Assembly: GCA_043228905.1 (NCBI GenBank)
Contig: JBHGNT010000014.1
Location: forward strand, 11,470,001 to 11,534,000
Reading direction: 5' to 3'
DNA length: 64,000 bases
Origin: Azolla caroliniana
Taxonomy: Eukaryota > Plantae > Polypodiophyta
The notes below the pieces were generated by a model that was not told the origin of the DNA, ran no database searches, and was given only the letters and a program-made list of their open reading frames with translations. Positions 26,204-40,786 of the stretch are shown piece by piece; within the stretch, counting starts at the first letter, position 1, and each line of letters opens with the position of its first letter. The translations under genes were made by a program, and so were the position numbers.

Positions 26204-27322
26204 TGTCGCGAAAATACGACGAGGATACGTGAACTTTGAGGCAGGACCCCGGGGCCTCCGATCGGAAGATATTAGATTCGTATGATTATATTAAACAATT
26301 AATACAAAATGATAAAGATTCACAAATTTCATTAATAAAGGGAAAGAAAGATTACAATTAATCCCAAGATTGGGATTACAAAAATTTGCTAATGGAGATG
26401 ACTAGAGTAATAGATTAGAAGAAATGAAATATGGATTTAATTAGAATATTAGGGTTTTTAGCTTCAATTCGAAAATTAGGGTTTTTGAGTTATATGGCTT
26501 TGATTAGGAAATTAGGGTTTATGACTTTCGTAAGGAAATTTAGGGTTCTTGGCTTCGATAAGATAAGAGAGCTCCGAAGGAAAAGAAGAACAATATAATA
26601 TGGAGAGAGCATATGAATATAGGAAAAAAAAATGGAATTATATATGGAGTTGCTCGTTGATCATATGCCTCCACTTTTTGTTGCATGGCCTCTACTTTTA
26701 GTTGCATAGCTTTTCTTTTCGTTGAATCTATTTTTAGTTGTATGGCTTTTTCTTTAGTTGCATGCGACCATCCACTTGACCTTTACTTTAGTCTCTTTTA
26801 CCTTTCTTTAAATAGCCACATGATCCTTTTATCCGTTCGATTTGTATCCAACCTCGTACGGTCGCCAGTTCCGCCTGATCGCCGAATCCCTCGCCGGCCG
26901 GTTCCATTTTGCTTGCCGGCCGGTTCTAGTTCCGGTTCCGGTTTGCTTGCCAGTTCCAGTTCCGGTTTTGCTTGTCGGGCGGTTCCGGTTTCCGGTTTGC
27001 ATACCGGTTCCGATTCCGTCAAGACAATCATCCATCAAGATAAAGTGGCCAAAGTGCTCTTAGAACAAATGAAAAATGAGGGAGCTCAAGGTGCTTATAT
27101 AGCCAGGGCCTTAAGTTTCCTATCTATGTGGGATAGTTCTAATTTCTCTATCTTCTCAAACTTTATTTTCACATAACTTGATATGTATTTCTCCATTTTG
27201 TATATAGTAAAATACATTTTGAAGCTCTTGAGTATATCCATCTTTCTATAGTAAGCTACTAATCTAATCTATAATAATTATTTCATTATTTTTTTACATA
27301 GTGTGTGAAGATTCGCATGACA
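26204..27322 (-). repeat. Solo LTR (1119 bp) nested in the chromovirus 5' LTR
   Basis: Absent from the 3' LTR; TGTC...GACA ends and 4-bp TSD GCGG. Its reverse-complement end resembles the end of the LTR at 2870-3502. Confidence 0.8.
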
Positions 27323-29171
27323 GCGGTGGTATGGGATGCCGATTGAGGCTCGAGTCCGTCTCGATCTCTTCTCTCCGGGTGGTTGGGTGGATCAACACCC
27401 TTCTTTCTCTCTCTCCTTTCTATCTATTTATCTTTATTCTATCCTTATCTAATGCTTACATTAGTCTATGTCTCTAATAGTTGGTATCCGAGCTCATTTT
27501 CTAATGTTTCTTTTGTTGTGTTTTGTGTTCTTGATTGATGGCGATCGATCGATGTGTGGTCGGCCTTGATCCCGACAACAATCAACAAAAGAATTTTGGT
27601 AATCTTCCTTGTTTTTTCTATTCTTTCTTCTCCCAATTTAATCATGTGTATGGTTAATATGTAAATTTTTTTATATAGATTCAATGATGTTGTAGTGGTA
27701 ATTACTTGGTTATATAAAACGTTTACATATGTGTATGAGGTCAATACCTCATTTGATGTATATTGAATATGTGATTAGTGTCATATGCGCACGAGGTTAA
27801 TACCTCAATTGCGTACTACGTTCACAAACATATGTTACGTTTGCGTATGAGGGCAATACCTCGATTCGTTGTAAATGATATGCGTTTGGTTTCATATGCA
27901 TAAGAGGTCAATACCTCAATTGTGTATTACGATTAACCCTTAATTTTGGAGGTCTCGTGTGCGTAGAGGTATATGCCTCGATTACGTATCTGGATTACGT
28001 CATTTTTGGCTATTAAATATAACGATTTCTTTAATATAGGCATATGTGGTCACGTGTATACGTAGTTGAACGTATATATGTGATAATATACATATGTGTA
28101 TATAAGTTATTACGTGATTTTAAATCGAATGTTTTCCTTTTCGGGGAAAGGATCTTGGTGGCCGTCCTCACATTTTTGTGAGAATAGCGTTGTCACCATC
28201 TCTTTTTTCAAAATTTTTTATTGTTGAAATCCCCGTTGGTGACTTCGATATTTCGTTACGTAAAGAAACACCTATAGCCATAATGATGTTGAGTACGTAG
28301 GGCTTGACCCACTTCATGTGAGGTTGCTCCTATGACACACGTATCCAACATCCCTCCCTCATTACATGGATACGATGCCACCATGAGATCATTCTTACGA
28401 GCGACATTCGTAATGACGTGACCATGTAATGGGCCACGTGGGCCTACTACGAAAAGAGGGCTTATTTGGCTTGACCATTAGGTTGCATGTTGGCGTATGC
28501 CATCATAATTACGAAACTTGAGGTTAGGTAACGTACCAACATAGTTGTAGTAAATGAGGGCGAAATAAGCACTCTTGACATATATGTTTCTTTTAAAAAA
28601 ACATATATGAGCAAATGCCTCGCATATCTCTTATATGCATGAAACATTAAACATTCAAGAAGAGCAACCTACTTGGTTGGCTCAAGTGTTTAATGCATTT
28701 CTTCTCGAGGTCTCGAGTTCAAATATGACCAAGACCATACAACATCGCTGATACATATGACTATAACACATGTTTAGACTTGAGGTCTAAGTGCGTTTCG
28801 GGGTCCTCGTAATAGGACTTAAAGAGCTGAAACCACATATGTGGGCATCGAAACATAGTTTATTGTTAACATTTTTTTAGTGTATAAACTATTCATGACG
28901 CGAACATACATGGTTAAGCCTCGGGGAGCCGTCATGAAAAAATCGATATAGAGATCAAGGAAAGACATTCATTTGTCACCCCCATGGTTTTTAAAACACC
29001 TTTGTGTTACCATAGTAACCTGATCTTGAACCTCATCTCATACGTCTAGAGGGGTCTTGACGTGAGATAATGATATCGATTAATGCTCGCCCATGATATG
29101 TTTACATCACGACATGATGTTATGACTATCTCTCTGACTTATCCTATTTCTTTTCCAGAAATAATCATTTA

Positions 29172-32100
29172 ATGGCTCAAAATAACGACCCGATGTCATC
29201 CGCTCAAGCGGAAGGAACTCAAGGGAATCCTCCTGGACAAATGTCCATTGAGATGTATTTTTCGCAAATAACCCAATACCTTAGTTTCACTGCTCAATAG
29301 ATAACCGAACTTCGGCAATCTCAAAGTGCTCTCAAGGCACGTGTCATTAGTCTACAACGTGAGACTAATAGACCTTATGAGCGATAGGGTGAACCATCGT
29401 TTGTCGTTAAGCCATTTACGGGAGAGAAAAAGGAAAGAATCGAAGAAGCAATCTGCACGTGGCTGGGCCGATGGGAGTCTCATTTTGAGCTCTATCCCAC
29501 GCCAGATAGTACGAAGATTGCATATGTCGGCCGAGAACTAGGGGGTAAGGCCGCCGCTTGGTGACGTGGGCTCCGTACTTTGGGGAAATTGCCCGATACC
29601 TGGACAGATTTTGTCACAGTTTTCAAGGGCCAATTTCTGCAACCTCCCTCTCGAACCGAGGCAGCACAAGCTTTAATGAACCTCTCTAGCAGGAAATTTT
29701 CTTCACTAGAAGACTATGTCCACCATGCTAGAACCCAAATCCAAAAATCGGGTCTAGAAGGGGACAATTGGTTAATAGCTTGTTTTGTCAATGGCATCCC
29801 CAATTCGGACTATCATTGGATAGTGCACGATAAGGATCCAAAATCCTTCGAAGAGGCCGTTGAAATAGTTCTTCACTATCAACGCATTTCGAAGAAGGAC
29901 CACAACAAACCCAACGAAGCGCCTGGGACTAAGCAGTCGCAATTTGTTGGGAAACGCAAGACACCCAACGAATTCATGGATCTTGATTGTAAGCGACAAC
30001 ATCCTTTTTGCGTATTCTACAAAAAGAAGGGTCATACCAAAGAGCAATGTCGAAAGCTCCAACGAAAAGAGCACGACAACAAAGCTAAAGCTGCAGACCA
30101 TAAAGGTCAGATTCCTAATGTCCTTCAGGTCTATACACATCATTTAAGTAATTGTCAATGTTCTTTCCCTCACTATGTATTGGGTCCCAATGATTTACTA
30201 CATGCAAACGGGTATATCAATGGATCTCCCGTACAATTTTTATTTGATTCGGGAAGCTCACACAACTTTGTGAATGATCGTTTGGTTCAGATATGGGGAA
30301 TCCAACCCACCGTAAGTGATCACACCTGCACGGTGCACTTGGTTGATGGAAGAGTACAATACATCAACGGGGCGATTCATTCATTAGGAATTTCTATTGA
30401 TACTTATATAGAGGAAGTAGACTTCCATGTAATGAATCTTTGTTCCACCGATGTAATACTGGGTTATCCCTGGTTCTATAATTAAAGCTCTTCTTTATCT
30501 ATTGATTGGGTTCATCATTCAATTACATTTGTACTGAACGACTGTACTCATTTTATTCAATGTGTCAAAAAATAATCCCTCTCAATTGTTTCTTCGTCTC
30601 CATCAATATCTAAGTTGTCTGGTTCTACTCTATTTTATTGTGTACTTGATCCGGACATTCACGTTTACAATATTGATAATGTCTCGGTTCAATTAACATA
30701 TTTTGAACAACAACAACTTGATGAAATCTTAAATGATTTTCGTGATGTTTTTCCGAGTGAACTACCAGATGGTTTACCTCCTAAACGTAATATAGACCAT
30801 CGTATAGATATTGTACCTAGTGTTGCACCAATAAGTATACCTCCTTATGGCTTTAGTTGATCTGAAGAGGATGAGCTAGCTAAGCAACTCAAGGACTATT
30901 TACGAATGGGTTATATACGTTATAGCAAATCTCCACGGGGCGCACCAGTTCTCTTGGTTAAAAAGAAAGAGGGCACATGGCGTATGTGTATTAATTACTG
31001 ACGCTTGAATAAAGTGACGATCAAGAATTCATATCCATTACCCCGGGCTAACGGTCTAATTGACCATCTCCAGGGAGCTCGGTATTTTACGAAACTTGAT
31101 CTCCATACTGGATACCATCAAATTCGTATAAGTGAGGACGATGTTCCTAAAATGGCATTTCGTACACGCTATGGCCATTATGAGTTTTTGGTTATGCCTT
31201 TTGGTTTGACCAATGCTCCGGCTACATTTCAACAAGAAATGAATGACATTTTCCGAGAACAACTTGGAAAATTTGTCGTTATTTTCTTGGATGATATTTT
31301 AGTTTATAGCTGTACATTACAAGAACATGCTAAACATGTCCGCTTTGTTTTATAAACATTGTGTGACAAACAGTTTTACCCGAAGATCTCAAAATGTGAG
31401 TTCTTCAAGAAATCAATTACTTATCTTGGACATCTCATAACCGAACAAGGAGTTGAAATTGATCCTTCTCGCATCGAGAAAATCAAGCTTTGGCCCACTC
31501 TTCAGAATATTCGAGAAGTTCGATCATTCCTTGGTTTTGTCGGGTTTTTGCAAAAATCTCTTCGTAATTACTCCCAATTGACGACGTCATTTACTGATAT
31601 TCTAAAAGGTCAAACGCGTAAGTGTACAAAACCTATTGTGTGGAATGCTACACTAGACCTCGCCTTTAAGGAACTCAAGGACCTGGTATGCAAGGCTCCT
31701 TCACTTCTTTTACCCGATCCTTCAAAACCTTCTGAGGTTGAAACTGATGCAAGCGATTATGCTATAGGTGCTGTCTTATATCAAGATGGTAAACCAATAA
31801 CCTTCGAGAGTAAGAAACTTGATTCTGCTCAATGTCGGTATACCTTCAAGAAAAGGAATTATTTGCAGTTATACATGCGCTCAAAACATGGCGCCATTAT
31901 CTTTATGGAAATCTCTTTGTGGTAACTACAGACCACGAGTCCTTAAAATATTTTTGTGACCAATAAGACCTAAATGATCGTAAGGCACGATGGGCTGATC
32001 TCATCCAGGACTTTGATTTTTCCATACGATATCGTAAAGGTTCCATGAATATTGTCGCTGATGCACTAAGTCGCATCCGTGAAGTTAACATGCTTAGCTT

Positions 32101-33560
32101 CACTGAAATAACATCAGATCTTTATGATCACCTTCGAGGAAAGTATCTTGATGACAATTATTTTGCAAAATACTAGGCAAGAGTTGAGTCTGGAATAGAC
32201 ACCACCACATCCTCGAAGGAATACTTCCACATTGCTAACGATTTGCTCTACCGTAATGGGAAGGTTTGTGTTCCAGATTTACCCGAGGTCAAAAAGAGGA
32301 TTCTTTTTTAATGCCATGATGCACCCTTAGCAGGGCACCCTGGAATACATCGTACACTCGTTCTCATCTCCACTCAATTTTATTGGCCTAAGATGTGTCC
32401 TGACATACATAGCTATGTGACTAAATGTCACCAATGACAGGTTAACAAAGCCGAGCGACTTAAAGCAGCAAGACTTTTACATCCCTTGGACATTCCCAAC
32501 AATAAGTGGGAAAGTATATCCATGGATTTTATTGTTAGCCTTCCTCGCACCCAAAAAGGCCATGATGCCATCGGGGTTGTGGTTGATCGACTAACTAAAA
32601 TGGCCAAATTTATTGCTACTAAAACCACGGTAACAGCTCCTGAATTGGCTTACCAATTCGTTGACGAGCTATTTTGTTTACTAGTATGGGTTACTGATGG
32701 ATATTGTGAGTGATCAAGATCCAAAGTTTACTAGTGACTTCTGGACGCAAGTCTTTAAGAAGTTAGAAACTACATTGAGCATGAGCTCCATGGATCATCC
32801 TCAATCCGATCGATAGACAAAACGAGTAAATCAAATTATTGAGGACATGCTTCGAGCGTACGATGGTGCAAAACCAACAAAATGGGAACGTTATCTCCCA
32901 ATTTTGGAGTTTGCTTATAATAGCTCCAAGCATACGTCGACGGGATATAGATATTTTATGTTGATGTATGGTTTTCAGCCACGAGCCCCGATTGATGTTA
33001 ATATACATCATGATGAGTTGCAAAGTACGCAAAACTTTCTTCGGGATATGCAAGATATGTTGCATATTGCATGAGATAATATAAAAATAGCTCAAGATAG
33101 AGCGTGTTTTTATGCTGATCATCATAGGCAACCTCATGTATTCAACCCTGGACAGAAGGTATTTTTACGTGTACCTCACAATTCTAAGACATTGTCTACG
33201 GGCAAGTGCGCTAAGTTAGCCTCATGGTTTTGTGGACCTTTTACAGTCCTCAAACGCATTGGGTCATCAGCCTATCGTCTCGCTCTTCCCGATGGTGTTG
33301 GAATTCATCCAGTCTTTCATGTGAGTCGTCTAAAAGAACTTCTAGGTTCTGGCGACAATACAGTTACAACGAAAACTCTAGTTAATTCTGAAGAATTATC
33401 TTCTAAACCACATGTATCAGAAATAATTCTCGATGTTAAAACAAAAATATTACGTTCTAAAGAAATCCGAGAATTTAAAATAAAATGGATGGATAAATAA
33501 ATAAAAGATGCCACATGGGAACGCGAAAATATTCTTAGAACTAACTTCCCTAACTTTTCA
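29172..33560 (+). pseudogene. Chromovirus gag-pol (protease, RT, RNaseH, integrase, chromodomain) with many stops and frameshifts
   Basis: [61 protein letters not shown], and chromodomain-like EIILD...EFKIKW...DATWE. Confidence 0.9.
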
Positions 33561-34925
33561 TTGCAAGAGTGCAATGTTTTAAAGAGGGGGGAGTATGTTA
33601 CAGGCATGACCATATAATATCCCGTGGTGAGAATTTACCGTAGTATTCTATACACGTGGATAAGTGTGAGTGTTAAACGAGAGTGTAAAGAAGGGGAGGA
33701 TTACTTTTAAATCCTCGGGATTGAGACAACCCATTAGGCCAAGTGTGAACTTGCCTGGGGGCCTTTGGTATCGCTATAAATAAGAGGCCTAGCTACCCTT
33801 ATTTGATTATCCTGTTGACTACGTCGAGACTCTGTCTTGTGGTGGGTCAACTCTTGTAGCGAGCACGCCAGCACCAGGTACAACTCGACGCCACGACGGT
33901 GGTATGGGACGCCGATCAAGGCTCGAGTCCGTCTCGATCCCTTCGCTCCAGGGTGGTCGGGTGTATCGGCACCCTTCTTTCTCTCTCTCCTTTCTATCTA
34001 TTTATCTTTATTCTATCCTTATCTAATGCTTACATTAGTCTATGTCTCTAATACACTCCTTCCAGAATTGAAGTTCGATCCGTTGAACTTCCTTAGACTC
34101 ATCTCTCAAGAGCCGGATGATGATGCCATCTGTGTCGTCTTGTTAGACTTTGTTCGGAGTTGACTACAAACGATGGTGGGATGCAACTGACTAACTCACC
34201 CGATATTGTTCTAGTCGGGTTCGAACACAAGTCAAATTGACTTCGACTATTGGAGTCAATCCACTTAACTAAATTGGACTCGATTTTGCCGATTCGATTT
34301 CAAATGTCGATTTTAAAGTACCAATCATAGATTAAGTGCCAATTATCCAGGCCGATCCTGCTTGGAATGACTACAACGATGAGAGGGACGGAGCCTAATG
34401 GTCCTCCCGAATGTTGTCTACCCGAGTGAAGCATGGATAGGGGTTGTTCCTAGGACAAGATCTACTTTGAGTGATTCGAACAAGAAAATAGTCTAACTTG
34501 GTAAAGCACGATCTTGAAGGCCGATTTGATGGAGATTCCACTCATGGCGGCTCCAATCATAGAGACAAGGTACAACCGACTAGCTTACCTTAAGAGTGAT
34601 CTAGCGAGGCCGTCAGTGTGGAAACATCAACAACACAATGAGATGAAGATTACTGAGTGCACAAGATGAAAGCAAGATCGAAGAACAAAATGAGAGAGAT
34701 AGAGACAAATATGCACGCAATGTAACCGTTTATTCAGAATAGTTACAATACAATGGAGGCAACGACTCTCTCATAATAGCAACAACTCTTGAGCTAGGTT
34801 AAAAAGCCCTTTATATACTAATTGGGCTAGGGCAACTACCCTTTGACATATTAACAAAGATGTCCTAAACCTAGGCTGTCTAAAGGGACAATGTGAATAC
34901 GGCCATTAGAGACCCGTATTCGACA

Positions 34926-35860
34926 CCCAAAGGCACCAACTCACCTGTGACCATCGAACACCTCCACTCTTCTCCCCATTGCACAAATCATTCACCCTAA
35001 CACATGCCCCTATCCCCCACAAACACCCTACCCACACGAGCAACCTCCTCCGGTGGACTCGTGGTGATCTCTCCTCCCCATCGGTACACCCCACCCCTCC
35101 TAGCTGCCCCTCGTTGACCTGTACGTGCTTTGCCTAAAGACCCAACCCCTCTTTCCAGTAGGCCCACTAAACCCCACCAGTACCTCCCTCTCAAACCTCT
35201 AGAGTTTCTCCTACCTCTCCTCCGGTTTTTAAATTGTCCAGCGTTGTTTTTTATCGATGTCATTTACTTTTATGATTTTATTTTGATTCTTTATTTAACC
35301 CTCCCATTTCTCACTCATGTATCGTTGCTTTCGCCCTCACACACTTTGTCTACCCTCCCTTACTATTTTTTGTGTGCTTCCTCTTCTATTTCTAGTTATC
35401 GTGCTCTCCCTCCCCCACTTTTTCATATATTTTTCTTTGTTTTGTTTTTTGTTTTGGTTTCCCCTTTCTTTATTTTTATTGTTTGTCATTTGCTTATTAC
35501 TTCCATTTTTCCTTGCGTCTCCACCCTCCTCTTGCCACACAACCCTCACACACCCTATTCCCTCCTTCCCTACTCCCCTCTACTCTCACCTCACTCATTT
35601 TTTTTCTTCCTTTGTCGGCCCTTGTTCTTGCTCTTTTTTCCTTTCCGCCACCCTTGCTCGTCTTTCTACAATTGTCACTCTGTCTTTTTTCTCCTCTTCC
35701 TTCCTAACCCTCCCCTCCCCTCTCCTCATCCCCCTCCCCTCTGTCTGCTCTCTCTCATGCTCTTTTTCTTGTCCACTGCCCCTCTGCTCGCCTTTCTCCA
35801 ATCATTACACTCTTTGAGTTCCCTATCCGTCGCACCCTCGGGGATCACCCTTGTGCACTA
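34926..35860. repeat. Pyrimidine-rich low-complexity tract
   Basis: Extreme C/T strand bias with no recognisable domain. Confidence 0.6.
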
Positions 35861-35869
35861 ATAAAGTGA

Positions 35870-37984
35870 CGGGAATCGGATCTTCGATCTATGAAAGATA
35901 TGTTGAATTGGGCTCCCCAGAAATGGGACAAAACGGGGATGAGGTCGAAGTCAAGGGGAAGGCCCGCGTGCTTTTATTGCGGAAAGCCGAGGCATTTCCA
36001 AAAGAATTGCTGACACTTCCGGAAGGAAAAAGGAACTGACAATGCCGACTCAAAAATGGGTCTGGATCGGAGAAGTTCAGATTGTAAAGGAACGTCGATG
36101 ATTGCAACAAACGAAGAAGAACTGTTGCTCATCACTGAGGAAAACGAGCTACATCTTGTCAGTGACGAAATGACGTGGATGGTTGACTCCGGCGTGTCCT
36201 TCCATCTGACCCCTGACTGGAAGTGCTTCTCATCCTATAGAGCCGGAGATCACGGTTGTGTCTGGATGGGAAATGAAGGTGCATGCCGAATTGTCGGCAT
36301 AGGAAATGTGTGGTTGACAACGTTAACCAGGTGTAGATTGTTGCTGAAAGATGTATGACATGTTCGGGAGGTTCGGTTAAACCTGATATCAGCCGATCGG
36401 CTAGATGATGAAGGCTACACGGATAGCATCCGGAACGGAGTCATGAAGTTTTACAAAGGAAGCCTGATTGTGGCCTGAGCCCGGAAGATCAACACATTGT
36501 ACCTTATGCATGCCCGGATATGCCGGGAAGAAGTGAACATGGCATCCGACATTGCTGGTGAGCTGTGGCACAAGAGGTTATGCCACATGAGCTAGAAGGG
36601 AATGCAGAGACTTGCCGAGGACAACCTCAGTCCGGAGGTGAAAGACGTGCATCTTGAGAAGTGCACCGATTGCCTGGCCGGCAAGTAGAACCAAACCTCT
36701 TTCTGAACCCGACAACCCATGAAACGAAACGCACCATTGGAACTTCTGCATATGGATGTATGCCAAATGGACACGAAGTCACATGCCGGATTTCAGTACT
36801 TCGTGATGTTCATAGACAACCACAACCGGAAGTTGTGGGTCTCACCACTGAAGATGAAGGACCAGGTATTATCCGTCTTCAAGGAATTCAATGTGAGGCT
36901 GGAAAGGGAAACCAGTTGGAAGCTGAAGGCGGTTCGAATGGACAACGGAGGAGAATATCGGGGGCAGTTCGAGGAGTATTGTCGGTCGATGGGAACCCGA
37001 CTCGAATTTACCATGCCGAAGATGCCAAAGTTGAACGGATTGGCCGAAAGGATGAACCAGACCGTAATGGAGAGAGTCCAGAGCATGCTGGCACATACCA
37101 AGTTATCCAAGACGTTTTGGGCTGAGGCGCTGATGATAGTGACATATGTGATAAATAGATCACCCTCAATGCCCTTCGACGGAGAGTCATTGGAGACACA
37201 CCACAGAGAGTATGGACGGGTAAAGACGTATCTTACCGGCATCTGAAGGTATTCGGTTGTCTTGCCTACATGCATGTTGCAAAGAACAAGAGAGTGAAAT
37301 TGGATCCGAAGTCCCAGACATGCATATTCCTTGGATACAACGATGATGAGTTCGGGTACCAAGTGTGGGACTTGGTCAACAAGGTCTTCCGGAGTCGAGA
37401 CATAGTGTTTATGGAAGACAAGAACATTGCCGACCGGGAGTTGGAGAAGAAGATAGTGGACTCTGGGTTGACTGATAGAGATTAGTCGAAAGACATAATG
37501 ACCCATTTGGCTGGAAGCTGGATAACACTCGAAGAATTGGCCAGATTCGGACAAGAAATTGAACCGATCAAGGAAGAAGAATCGGACACCGGAACCAAAC
37601 AAGACCCCGAATTGGATTTAGATGAAGATCAAACGGAGGAATAGGTGGTGGAGAACAAGGAAGAAAATGCCCTCTAAGAGAGAAAAGGCCCCCCTGGAGA
37701 TTTCCGGAAGAAGAGTGTATATTGCTGACCGGCGAGGGGGAGTCGGAAAGCTTCGAAGAAGCAAAGAAAGACACCCACAACCACAAGTGGTTAAGTGCCA
37801 TGCATGACGAGATAGATTCCATGCATGGTAACCACACATATGAATTGATGGAGCTACCGAAAGGAAAGAGAGCACTTTGGAACAAGTGGGTGTACAAGCT
37901 AAAACCGGGAGACGCCGGAAATCCATAAAGATAGAAAGCCCGGATAGTGGTGAAGGGCTTCCAACAGAAGAAAGGAGTGGATTT
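35870..37984 (+). pseudogene. Truncated, decayed Copia gag-pol fragment related to the 19042-24564 family
   Basis: TWMVDSGVSFHLTPD, DNGGEYRGQF, NGLAERMN and LKPGDAGNP are shared with the intact copy; many stops. Confidence 0.88.
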
Positions 37985-40753
37985 TGAAAGGCAGATATGC
38001 GCGGAAACGTATGTGAGCACCTATCGGTTATGCTCATCAAACAACACAGAGGGAAGGCAAGAAGATATAAACAAATGATAGAGACACACAGATAAAGCTT
38101 TAATGGAAGCTGTCTTTATTTCTGTTCTCTCTCTCTCTCTCTTAGAGACTCGATGTACAGGATGATCAAGTGATCTCTTCTTTACAACATTAGGTTATTG
38201 CTTATATACTAAGCCCTAACTATATGGATGAGTTCACACTAGGATACAAAGTGGAAGGAGTCGGCCTTTTATGCCAACAAACTCCCTCGTAAAAGGGCTA
38301 CTCTTTCCTACATGTAGATGTGTTTGGGATTGTCTCCCCCGTAAACCTAGCTTATAACACTAATCTAGATTTATGTTACAAGTCAGTCGGCATATAATCG
38401 AGTCGGCATAGGTGAGGTCAGTGTCGAGCCTAACATGGCTCATTATCATGATTGTTTTGGTCGACTCTTACCTTCTACTCCTCGTTCAGTTTTCTTCTGC
38501 TCGATCGCTTGTTGTAGTTCCATCTTTGTGCTTACTGCTCCGAAGTGTTGATCTGGCAGTGGCTTTGTCAAGAAATCGGCGATTTTCATCTCGATGTCGA
38601 TCTTCCGTACTTCGAGCCTCTTCTCAGTTATAAGCTCCCAAATGTGATGATACCGTACCTTAATGTGCTTCTTCTTTGCATGATAGACGGGATTGTTAAT
38701 GAGGTGAATTGTGTTTTGTGAGTCGCAATAGATGGTCGGCGTTGGTTGGTTGATTCAACTTGTAGATAACAAGTTAGCAGACAGTCGGTGCAACCAGATC
38801 GCTTCCTTCGCTGCCTCCAAGGTTGCTATGTACTCGGCCTTTGTGGTCGACAGGGATGTGCACTCTTGAATCTTCGACCTCCATGATATCACACTGGCAC
38901 CATGGGTGGAAATATAACCTGATGTTTACTTACGATTGTTTGTATTTCTGGCATAGTCGGAGTCATTGTAGCCTTTTACTTCGGTTGAGGTTGTCAACCT
39001 GAAAGTCAGCTGTGTATCTTTGGTCCCTCTTAGGTACTTGAAGATGTGCTTGATGACCTCCGAATGCTTCCGTCTTGGGTTTGACATGTACCGGCTCACC
39101 ACTCCTATGGCATAGGGTAGGTCGGGCATGAGACCCTTTCATGACAAGCTGAGCTTTGTACTTGGGTGTCTTTGAGTCAGATACATATTTGTATCGGAAA
39201 ACCCATTTGCATGGTAGTGGCTTTCTTCTAGCTGGTAATTCAACCAACTCCCATGTCTGATTCTTGTGAATTGAGTTCATTTCGGATTTCATGGCTTGGA
39301 GCCATGTTTTGGTGTCCGCTACGGCCATAGCTTCTTCATGAGTGTTTGGTTCGCCTACATCAGTGTAGTTTACGAGGTTGAGGTCCGGTTGAAGAAACTC
39401 TGTTGGCCTTCTAGCTCGTCCTAATCTCTTGGGTGCCAAGACAAGTGGTTCGGATTCTTCAATCGGCTCTATTGGTCGATCAGTATGTAGTGAACCATTT
39501 GTGTCAAGATTCTTGTTAGGTGACCCGCCCCCAAGTTGGGATTTCAGTGGTGTCACATTGTCCTCCCCTATGGACTTTGTCAACTCGGTTCTGTTTCCTA
39601 CTCGCATCTTGTTGACTTTGCCTTGTTCGACTCTTGTTGAAACGGCTCTATCTTTGATGGCTTTTTCTTCGAGTTCAACTATTGGACCTATTGCCGATTC
39701 AAAGTTAGCATGTATATTGTTGGCTTGTTCAAGTTCTACTATTTGTCAAATCTTTGATTCTAATGGGTGGGATGGTCCTTCTATGACATTTCTGTTAACT
39801 TTGAAAGATACCTTTTTACCAACTATTTTCTGCTAGTTCCGTTGAGAGAAGATAGAGTCTTCATTGAAGACTACATCACTGCTCCAGATTAGTTTCTGGT
39901 TCTCAGGATTCCATAGCCGACAACCAAAATCTGCATCGGTTCCATAACCGAGAAATATGCATTTCGTTGCATGGGGTGCCAACTTGGTCCTTTTCTCCAT
40001 GGGGATAAACGCATTGTCGTGAAGAATGTGCTTCACGATATAAAAATGAGCTTAAATGTTGTATTTAATAATATTTGAGAGACTTGAACCCACATCTTTA
40101 TATACGATGTACAATGTACATATCACTAGGCTAGGCTATTTATTTGTAAAAGTGTGTAATAAATGTGCTTCATGATATAAGAATGAAGCTATATGTTGTA
40201 TTAAGTAAAATTAAGGGACTTGAACCCTCAACCTTGTATACCAAGCACCAAGCATACACCACTAAGCTAGGTTAGTTATTTTAGAATGCATTTTCATCAT
40301 TATACTTATCTCATATCTATTTTCATACATAGGCATCATTCATCATATGCAATGCATGTGCGCCAAATGGCGATCATCCATTACATGTAACTCATGCATT
40401 GCATGCATGCCATGCTCCCATACATTACCATATGCATGGCAACACTTATATAAAGAGGGGAAAGGGAAAATAAGGTAAGGAATCAAGAGAGAGTGAGAAA
40501 ATAATACAATCAAATAAAGAAGACTAGCTCATTGGGTGGAGAACCTCTCGTTTCGAAGTAGAGGTCGAGGGTTCAAATCAAGGGTCGGTATTCAAAAGAT
40601 TTATCTTGTGATCAAGGATTGTAAAGTTGGTAAAATATTATATTTTTAATATACATCATGTTTATATCATATACTCTTGTTCCTGGAATCATACTTTGTC
40701 TCGATCTTCTTTCTTGAATCATACATTATCTCTATCTTTTATCTATGCTCGTT

Positions 40754-40786
<33 letters not shown>

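Larger units (their letters stand above)
25900..34053 (+). mobile_element. Full-length but decayed chromovirus-type Ty3/Gypsy
   Basis: LTRs 25900-27479 (with nested insert) and 33596-34053, TSD CGCTC/CACTC, PBS TGGTATCCGAGC (27482-27493, iMet-like), PPT AAAGAGGGGGGAG. Confidence 0.92.
25440..34925 (-). mobile_element. Copia 5' remnant (LTR ending 34925, leader, gag start) split by the chromovirus insertion; left boundary approximate
   Basis: Minus-strand MASSSG...KFNGSNF near 34060-34130 continues as RMQDYLIVKGQINPIE below 25899. The LTR is homologous to 4164-4488. Confidence 0.7.

Noticed and set aside
27726-27990. Palindromic repeats with spacers resembling a CRISPR array
   Set aside because: Degenerate 14-bp cores, mutually related spacers, located in a retrotransposon leader, and no cas genes.
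35130-35861. 243-aa and 166-aa hydrophobic ORFs as membrane or env-like proteins
   Set aside because: By-products of a C/T-rich low-complexity tract that lacks stop codons; no domain signal.
40079-40580. Functional tRNA genes in the LTR
   Set aside because: A/B boxes are present but I cannot fold convincing acceptor and anticodon stems; reported only as tRNA-like modules.
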